From: an uncultured delta proteobacterium
GTDB lineage: Bacteria > Myxococcota > UBA727 > VGSZ01
DNA length: 64,000 nt
Reading direction: 5' to 3'
Assembly: GCA_963775425.1 (NCBI GenBank)
Contig: CAVZJB010000014.1
Span: 64,001-128,000 of the forward strand
Below are positions 40,287 to 48,340 of the stretch, in pieces (within the stretch, counting starts at the first letter, position 1; each line of letters opens with the position of its first letter). The notes under the pieces were generated by a model that was given only the letters and a program-made list of their open reading frames with translations, was not told where the DNA came from and did no database searches. Both the position numbers and the translations under genes were made by a program.

Positions 40287-41290
40287 GCGCGCCTCCCCGC
40301 CTGCGCGCGACCCGCGCGGAAGGCGTCGGGGCTCTCGCCGGTCCAGCGGCGGAAGGCGCGGTGGAAGGTGCTCGGCTCGCTGTAGCCGAGGAGGAACGCC
40401 ACCTCGTAGACGGCGAGGGCGTCATCGTCGAGGAGCTCGAGCGCCATCTCGCGGCGCGTGTCGTCGAGGACGGCGGCGTAGCGGGTGCCGCCGCCCTCGA
40501 GGCGGCGGCCGAGGGTGCGGGTGCTCATGCCGAGGGCGCGCGCCACCGCGGGCTTGTCGGCCTCGCCGCGCGGCAGCCGGCGGCGCAGCTCGGCGCGCAG
40601 CGCGGCGACGACGTCGGGGTCGGCGGCGCGCGGGCTCAAGCGTGCGTCGAGCAGCCGCAACAGCGGCGAGCGCAAAGCGGGCTCGGCGCCGCGCACGGGC
40701 AACGCCAGCGTCGCCGCGTCGAGGACGAGCGCGTTGCGCGCGGCGCCAAAGCGCGGCGCGACGCCGAAGAAGGCGGCGTGCTCGGCGGGGTCGCCGGCGG
40801 GCTCGTGCGCGAAGCTCACCGCGCGCGGGGCCCACGGGACGCCCGCGAGGCGGCGGCCGAGCGCGACCCACAGGCCCACGGCGGCCTCGACGGGGTGGCC
40901 GAGCGCGGCCAGGGAGCGGTCGGCCTCGAGGCTCAGCGTGACGGGGTCGGGGCGCCGCCAGCGCACGCCGTCGGTGAGGCACGCCTGGTAGCGCAGGAAC
41001 GTCGACAGCGCCTGCGCGAGCGTCTGGCAGCTCGACAGCGCGTAGCCGAGCGCGCCGAGCGCCCCGGGCTGGAGGCGCCGCAGCATCTCGAGGGCGACGT
41101 TGGTGTGCGGCCGGGCCGTCACGATGGCGGCGCCGACGGCGACGTGGGCCGACAGCGGCAGGGACGCGTCGCGGTCGAGCAGGGGGGCCTCGTCGAGGCC
41201 GGCGGCGGCGAGCAGCGCGCCGCGCTCGAGCCCGAGGGCGGCCCCGGTCTGCAACAGGCTCTCGACGACGCCGCTGAGCACGAAGGCCAT
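40283..41290 (-). CDS. AraC-family regulator (OruR/VqsM-like)
   Basis: LGALGYALSSCQTL, VARALGMSTRTLGRRL, EVAFLLGYSEPSTFHRAFRRWTG; start ATG 41290. Confidence 0.9.
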   Translation of the reverse strand: MAFVLSGVVESLLQTGAALGLERGALLAAAGLDEAPLLDRDASLPLSAHVAVGAAIVTARPHTNVALEMLRRLQPGALGALGYALSSCQTLAQALSTFLRYQACLTDGVRWRRPDPVTLSLEADRSLAALGHPVEAAVGLWVALGRRLAGVPWAPRAVSFAHEPAGDPAEHAAFFGVAPRFGAARNALVLDAATLALPVRGAEPALRSPLLRLLDARLSPRAADPDVVAALRAELRRRLPRGEADKPAVARALGMSTRTLGRRLEGGGTRYAAVLDDTRREMALELLDDDALAVYEVAFLLGYSEPSTFHRAFRRWTGESPDAFRAGRAQAGRRA

Positions 41291-41407
41291 CGGCGGCGAC
41301 CTTACAGCGGCGGGGTCGGCGGTTGACCCGATTTCCCACGACGATGGCCGGCGCGGCCACTGAGCGGCCGGCGCCGTGGCCGTACGGTCCGTCTCGAGGA
41401 GGCTCGA

Positions 41408-42352
41408 ATGCAGCTTGTCACCCCCACACCGGATCAGGGCGCCCTCGGCCTGCGCGCGCTCTACACGGTCGCAGCCGTCGACGGCCCGCTCAAGCCCGAG
41501 GAGCGCAGCGTGCTGGAGGCGGCGCGCCGCTTCTCCCACGCCACGAGCGAGCTCGAGGCGCTCGAGCCCATCGAGCCCGACGCGCTCGCAGCCGCGCTGC
41601 CCGCCGATCCGCACCTGCGCTGGCAGTTGTGCTGCGCGCTGGCGCTCATGAGCATGGCCGACCGCGAGCCCACCGCGGAGGAGTCGGCGCGCGTGGACGC
41701 GTTCGCGCGCGCGCTCGGCGTCGACAACGACATGGTCGCCACGCTGAAGAAGCTCACGGGGGAGCACCTGTGGCTCGCGCGCATCGACATCTACCGGCGC
41801 TTCTGGGCGCGCGAGCACATCATAAAGAAGATCGAGCGCGAGGGCTTCAGCGGCATCGCCGAGACCGTGCGCGCGCTGCGGCGCAAGGAGGAAAACCCCG
41901 CGCTCACCGCCCGCTATCGCGCGCTCGCCCGGCTGCCCGAGGGGACGCTCGGGCGCTCGTATTTCGAGTTCATCGAGGCGTGCCACTTCTCGTTCCCCGG
42001 CGAGCTCGGCCACGGCCCCGAGATCATCGCGCAGCACGACATGGCCCACGTCCTCGGCGGCTACGGCGCGGACTCGCGCGAGGAGATGTGCGTGGGCTTC
42101 TTCTCCGCGGGCTTTCGCAAGAAGGACCCGATGACCTTCGTGTTGCTCGCGCTCTTCCAGCTCCACCTCGGCATCGCCACGATGCCGGGCCAGCCGGTGG
42201 ACACCGGCGCGCTCGACATGGGGATGTGCTTCGAGGCGCTGAAGCGCGGCGCGGCGATGAGCGTGGATCTGTCGGGGCCGTGGGACTACTGGGCGGTCAT
42301 CGATCGCCCCGTGGAGGCGCTGCGCGCCGAATACGGGATCCCCCCGCGGTGA
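41408..42352 (+). CDS. TerB-like domain fused to Coq4-like metal-binding domain
   Basis: AAVDGPLKPEE and MADREPTAEE TerB-like units; LPEGTLGRSY; HDMAHVLGGYG...E (HDxxH). Confidence 0.6.
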   Translation: MQLVTPTPDQGALGLRALYTVAAVDGPLKPEERSVLEAARRFSHATSELEALEPIEPDALAAALPADPHLRWQLCCALALMSMADREPTAEESARVDAFARALGVDNDMVATLKKLTGEHLWLARIDIYRRFWAREHIIKKIEREGFSGIAETVRALRRKEENPALTARYRALARLPEGTLGRSYFEFIEACHFSFPGELGHGPEIIAQHDMAHVLGGYGADSREEMCVGFFSAGFRKKDPMTFVLLALFQLHLGIATMPGQPVDTGALDMGMCFEALKRGAAMSVDLSGPWDYWAVIDRPVEALRAEYGIPPR

Positions 42353-42585
42353 TCCCAGCTCGCCCCCTTGGAGGCGAGCGCGGCCACCACGATCTTCTCC
42401 ACGTCCGCCGGCGGCAGCGCGCTGCCGCGCGCCGGTGGCGAGCCGCCGACGTCGTCGGCGCCGCCCCACCCCGTCGGGTCCACCGGCGCTCTTCGCGCGC
42501 GTTCTGGTGCGCGTCGACGTCTCGGCGCCGCCGTCGACACCATTCTGGTACCCTGCGCCGAGCTCGCGCATCCGGAGGCTCTTTC

Positions 42586-43140
42586 ATGACGGAATCCGCC
42601 AAGCTGCCGCCCGCCACCATCGCCTCAGGCGGCGTCGCCCGCGCTGGTGCAGCGGACGGCGCCGCGCAAGCGACCCAGGTCGTCTCGTCGTTCTACGAGT
42701 CGCTCGCGAAGCACGACGTCGGCGCGATGGAGGCCGCCTACGACCCCGCGGCCCACTTTCATGATCCGTTGTTCGGCTCGCTCGACGGCCGGCATGAAGT
42801 GATGGAGATGTGGAAGACCATCCTGCCGGGCATCGATCCGAAGAAGTTCCAGAGCGACCATGAGATCAAGGGCGTGACCCCGCGCGGCGACGGCAGCTAC
42901 GAGGTGAAGCTGCACTGGGACGCGCACTACGAGCTGCGCGGGCGCCACATCGACAACGCGAGCGACACCACCATGATCGTCAAGGGCGGCAAGATCGTGG
43001 ACCACCGCGACGACTGGGATCTGTCGGCGTGGACGAAGCAAGCGTTGCCGGCGGGGCTCGGCGGAAATGTGCTCACGAACGCGCTGACCGCGTTCGCCGC
43101 GCATGCCTTCGTCGAGGTGAAGGACGTCTTCGACCGCTGA
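42586..43140 (+). CDS. NTF2/SnoaL-like protein
   Basis: FYESL..HDVGAMEAAY...FHDPLFG, GKIVDHRDDWD; SD GGAGG. Confidence 0.8.
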   Translation: MTESAKLPPATIASGGVARAGAADGAAQATQVVSSFYESLAKHDVGAMEAAYDPAAHFHDPLFGSLDGRHEVMEMWKTILPGIDPKKFQSDHEIKGVTPRGDGSYEVKLHWDAHYELRGRHIDNASDTTMIVKGGKIVDHRDDWDLSAWTKQALPAGLGGNVLTNALTAFAAHAFVEVKDVFDR

Positions 43141-43156
43141 CCGCGCGCGCCGCAGG

Positions 43157-44182
<1,026 letters not shown>

Positions 44183-44266
44183 AGCCAGGATGTTAGCGCC
44201 ATGCGCGCGCGCGGCGAAGGGCGCTTCGGCGGGAGCCTCGCCGGCGTTTCGAGGCGGAACACCGCC

Positions 44267-44623
44267 TCAGTCCCTCTTCGCGAACGCGCCGCGCGCCTCG
44301 GCCATCGCCGCGCGATTCTCCACGATCCAGTCGAGCAGCGTCTTGAGCGGCTCGCGAAGCGCGCGCCCGAGCGGCGTGAGCTCGTAGTCCACGCGCGGCG
44401 GCACCGTGGCAAACGTGGTTCGCTTGACCAGGCCGTTTTCTTCGAGCCGCCTGAGCGTCAGCGTGAGCATGCGCTGCGAGATCCCGGTGACGCCGCGCTC
44501 GATCTCGCTGTAGCGCAGCGTCCCGCTCTTCGCGAGCACGCCGAGCACGAGCAGCGTCCACTTGTCACCGAGCAGCGCGACCGTGGCGTCGACGGCGGCG
44601 CACTGCACGTCCTCGGTGCGCAT
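44267..44623 (-). CDS. HxlR-family winged-helix regulator
   Basis: LGDKWTLLVL, ISQRMLTLTLRRLEENGLV.R, VPPRVDYELTPLG. Confidence 0.9.
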   Translation of the reverse strand: MRTEDVQCAAVDATVALLGDKWTLLVLGVLAKSGTLRYSEIERGVTGISQRMLTLTLRRLEENGLVKRTTFATVPPRVDYELTPLGRALREPLKTLLDWIVENRAAMAEARGAFAKRD

Positions 44624-44691
44624 CAATTGTTCGTGGCGCTCATCGATGTGCCTCCTCGTGCGCGATCGCGTCGCCTGGGACGTTCACGAGC

Positions 44692-44961
44692 ATGACCGAA
44701 CCTCTACGCATTGGCATCGTCCTCGGCAGCACCCGCGCCGGCAGCTTCGCCGACAAGCCCGCCGACTGGCTCATGGGCATCGCCGAGAAGCGCGGCGACG
44801 CGACGTTCGAGATCGTCGACCTGCGCGACTACCCGATGCCGTTCTTCGACGAGCCGAAGTCGCCCTTCCGCGAGCCTCCGAAGAACGAGGTCGCGCGCCG
44901 CTTCACCAGGAAGGTGGCCGAGCTCGACGGGTTCATCTTCGTATCGAGCAGTTGCGCCTGA
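44692..44961 (+). pseudogene. Truncated NADPH-dependent FMN reductase
   Basis: RIGIVLGSTRAGS...VDLRDYPMPFFDE...LDGFIFV, then a stop where the PEYN motif and C-terminal half should follow. Confidence 0.75.
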
Positions 44962-45055
44962 TGCTCGTCGAACGCAACCGGCGCGCCCCCGGACGGTCAG
45001 CCGCGCGTGCCCGCGGCGGATTGCGCGATCCGTCCGCATTGTCGACCGTGGCCCC

Positions 45056-45730
45056 GTGCACGCCACGGGGTCCCGCAACCGCCTCACGCCACATCAACTG
45101 GGCTTGTACCCGGGCACCAGCCTCTTTCACCGCATCGCGCGCACGGTGTGCGGCGTCGGCGTCCTGCCACGCAAGGAGCTGCACGAGGCATGGGAGGTCG
45201 CGCGGCGCGTGCGCCGCCGCTTCCACGGCGGCCGCGTGGTGGACCTCTGCTGCGGCCACGGCCTGCTCGCGCACGTGATGCTGCTGCTGGACGCGGCGGC
45301 GGACGCGGGGCAAGTGGCGCTGGCCGTGGACACGCGCTTGCCGCCGAGCCAGGCCAAGCTGCACGCGGCGATGGTGGACACCTGGCCGAAGCTGCGCGAT
45401 CGCATCGAGTTCGTGTCGGGGCGGCTGCAGGACGTCACGCTGTCGCCCGACGACATCGTCGTCTCCACCCACGCGTGCGGGAGCCTCACCGACGACGTCC
45501 TCGCGCAGGCGGTGCGGGCGGGGGCGCGGGTGGCGGTGCTGCCCTGCTGTCACGCGCTCCGCACACGCGGCGAGCTCGAGGGCTGGCTCGACGGCGCGCT
45601 CGCCATGGACGTGGAGCGCGCCACTTCGCTCCGCGCGGCGGGCTACGCGGTGTGGACACACACGATCCCCGAGGAGGTCACGCCGAAAAACCGCGTCCTC
45701 CTCGGCGAGCGGCGCCGCCGCGCCGGGTAG
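45056..45730 (+). CDS. SAM-dependent methyltransferase-like protein
   Basis: VVDLCCGHGLL, HACGSLTD, AVLPCCH, TPKNRVL; start approximate. Confidence 0.75.
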   Translation: MHATGSRNRLTPHQLGLYPGTSLFHRIARTVCGVGVLPRKELHEAWEVARRVRRRFHGGRVVDLCCGHGLLAHVMLLLDAAADAGQVALAVDTRLPPSQAKLHAAMVDTWPKLRDRIEFVSGRLQDVTLSPDDIVVSTHACGSLTDDVLAQAVRAGARVAVLPCCHALRTRGELEGWLDGALAMDVERATSLRAAGYAVWTHTIPEEVTPKNRVLLGERRRRAG

Positions 45731-45801
45731 GGTGGTGTGCGACACGCGCCGGCCAGCGGCGGGCCTTCAGATCGGCGGGGGTCGTGACGATGGGGGTTCG
45801 T

Positions 45802-46917
45802 ATGACCGTCGCCGACCTCCGCCCCGGCCACCTCCTCTCGATCCTCAGGCGCAGCGCGGGAACGACGCTGCGGACCAACCAGCCGGCGCGCGCGCCGGTG
45901 GTGGAGTCGCTCCTGGGCCGGCTCGAGCGGGTCCCCGGCAGCGCCGCCGGCATCTCGTTCCTCCCCGTCGACCACGACCTCGTGCTCGCCGGCGACGGCG
46001 ACCCGCGCGCCCTCGCCGCGTCGGCGCAGCTCTTGCGCGAGCTCGTCGACGGCCGCGCGCTGGGTGGGCGACGCGACGCCCCCGGCGCACTCGCGTCGCT
46101 GCTGTCGATCAGCGAGCTGCTGCTCAACGACCCCGGCACCGAGGACGACAGCGCCGGCCTGCGCGAGGCCGCGGAGGCGGCGGCGATGCTCACCCGCGCC
46201 GTGCTCGACACCCCCGCAGAAAACGAGACCGCGTTGAACGCGCAGGTGTCGGCGCTCGCGCCCCTGTTGCGCAGCCTCGCCGGCCGCCGCGTCGAGTGCG
46301 TCTTCGACCTCGATCCGCGCGCGGGCGCGGTGCGCGTCGACCCCACCGTCCTGCGGAACATCCTGTCGAACCTCGTGAGCAGCGCGCGTGACGCGATGCC
46401 CGACGGCGGCAGCGTCGTCGTGCGCACCTTCGCCGCCGCCGGCTGCGCCTGCCTCGTCGTCGAGGACGACGGCGCGCCCCGCGCCGGCGCCGCACGCACG
46501 CGGCGCACCGGCTTCGGCCTCGCCCACGTGCGCGCCCTCGTCGAGCGCGTCGGCGGCCGCATGCACATCGAGTGCGCCGGGGGCCTCGGCACCGTGGTCT
46601 TCCTCGAGCTGCCGGCCGCGCCCCCGCCCATGGTGCTCGTCGCCGAGGACGACGACGCCACCCGCGACCTGATCCGCGCCCTCCTCGAGCGCTCGGGCTT
46701 CGACGTCCTGTGCGCGCGCGACGGCAAGGAGGCGCTCGAGATGCTCTCGGTGGCGCCCGTGTCGCTGGCGCTCCTCGACGTGCGCACTCGGTTGTACTCG
46801 GGGCCCGAGGTCGCCGAGCGCATCCAGGCGCGCCGCCCCGACCTGCGCGTCCTGTTCCTCTCGATGCACGCCACCGCGGCGCGCCCCCCCGCCTCGTTCG
46901 CTGCCGCGTTGCTCTGA
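45802..46917 (+). CDS. Degenerate hybrid histidine kinase/receiver protein
   Basis: NLVSSARDAMPDGG, VEDDG, TGFGLA, GLGT and receiver VLVAEDD...LLD are present; H-box His absent. Start 45790 or 45802. Confidence 0.65.
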   Translation: MTVADLRPGHLLSILRRSAGTTLRTNQPARAPVVESLLGRLERVPGSAAGISFLPVDHDLVLAGDGDPRALAASAQLLRELVDGRALGGRRDAPGALASLLSISELLLNDPGTEDDSAGLREAAEAAAMLTRAVLDTPAENETALNAQVSALAPLLRSLAGRRVECVFDLDPRAGAVRVDPTVLRNILSNLVSSARDAMPDGGSVVVRTFAAAGCACLVVEDDGAPRAGAARTRRTGFGLAHVRALVERVGGRMHIECAGGLGTVVFLELPAAPPPMVLVAEDDDATRDLIRALLERSGFDVLCARDGKEALEMLSVAPVSLALLDVRTRLYSGPEVAERIQARRPDLRVLFLSMHATAARPPASFAAALL

Positions 46918-46987
46918 GCGACGCGACGACACGTCGCGGCGGAACGCGCGCGCCAAAAGGGGCGGCCCGGGGCTATACAACCGAGCC

Positions 46988-48331
46988 ATGCCCGTCGCCG
47001 CCTTGCGCTCCCACGCCGACATCGCCGCCGCGCTCAGGACGCTCGGGGTCTCCCTCGATGACGCCCGCGCGCTCGACCCCAAGAAGGCCAGCGACCCCGC
47101 CCTCGCCCGCGCGCTCGTCGACGTCCTCGCCGAGGTCTCCCCCGCGGAGATGAAGCGCCTCGCCGCTGCCGTCGGCGCCGGCGGTGCGCCGTCGTCCACC
47201 GCGGCGCGCGCCACGTCGGGCACCTCGCGTGCGCACGTCGTCGCGCGCCTGCCGGTCAAGCACGGCGAGGAGCCGCGGGTCGACGTGAACACGCCGGCGG
47301 TGGCGGTGCTCCTGCAACGCTACGGCGTCGCCGACGTCGCGCCCCGTCCCCTCGAGCGCGTGCTCGCGCAGTGCGCGCGCATCGACGAGATCCTGCGGCA
47401 ATCGGACGACCCCGACGTGCTCCTCGAGAAGATCATGGCGGGGGACCTGCGCCGCTACGTGTTCCTGCTCGAGGGCGTCGCCAAGCTCTACGGCCGCCGC
47501 TACGACGAGGCCGACGACACGTACGTGGCCGCCAAGGCCCTCGAAGATCTCCTCGGCGACGTCTCCGCCACGCGCACCAACCTGGCGTACGCGCGCCAGG
47601 TCAAGGCGCCCGCCGACGTCGTCGCCCACCTGGAAAAGAAGGCCGAAAAGACGCGCCGCGCGCTGCGTGAGCTGCTCAAGGACAAGTGGATGCCCGACAA
47701 GCACGGGCACGGCTCGCTGCGGTCGCAGGTGCCGGCCATCAGGGAGATCCTGCGCGGCTGGGGGCGGGCGGACTGGGACGGCTACGTCGACGACAAGAAG
47801 GTGATCCGCAAGGAGCTCGTGCGCCGCCTCGTCAAGCTCAGCGACGCCAAGTACTCGATGACCGACCTGCCAAACGGCATCCACGAGCTGCGCCGGCAAC
47901 TGCGCTGGTTCCCGATCTACGCCGAAGCGGTCAACGGGCTCATCCAGCTCGACGTCGACAAGAACCCCGTGGCTGCCTACCAGCCGCTCCTCGACGTGCA
48001 GCTCGCCACCTCCAAGTACGTGGACCTCCCCGACGACAGCCGCGAAGTCGACGCCATCCACATCTCCAAGTCGCTCTACCTCGGCGTCATCCAGCTCACG
48101 CTCGACCTCGGCGGCATCAAGGACGCCGGCGAGCCGCTCGAAGAGCTCTATGCCGCGTACGTGGAGACCGGCCACGCCGAAGACCTCTCCGCCGCCCGCG
48201 ATCAGGTCCTCGCCCTCATCGGCGGCGACAGGCTCGAGCGCGACCTCCACGCCGCCGCCGAAGAGCTCTACGCGGGCATGCGCAACAACAAGCTCGTCGA
48301 AAAGCTCGCCGAGCAGGTGAAGAAGGGCTGA
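46988..48331 (+). CDS. Helical CHAD-like domain protein
   Basis: IHELRRQLRWFPIY, KALEDLLG and LDLGGIKD resemble CHAD motifs. Confidence 0.5.
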   Translation: MPVAALRSHADIAAALRTLGVSLDDARALDPKKASDPALARALVDVLAEVSPAEMKRLAAAVGAGGAPSSTAARATSGTSRAHVVARLPVKHGEEPRVDVNTPAVAVLLQRYGVADVAPRPLERVLAQCARIDEILRQSDDPDVLLEKIMAGDLRRYVFLLEGVAKLYGRRYDEADDTYVAAKALEDLLGDVSATRTNLAYARQVKAPADVVAHLEKKAEKTRRALRELLKDKWMPDKHGHGSLRSQVPAIREILRGWGRADWDGYVDDKKVIRKELVRRLVKLSDAKYSMTDLPNGIHELRRQLRWFPIYAEAVNGLIQLDVDKNPVAAYQPLLDVQLATSKYVDLPDDSREVDAIHISKSLYLGVIQLTLDLGGIKDAGEPLEELYAAYVETGHAEDLSAARDQVLALIGGDRLERDLHAAAEELYAGMRNNKLVEKLAEQVKKG

Positions 48332-48340
48332 AGCCCGCCG

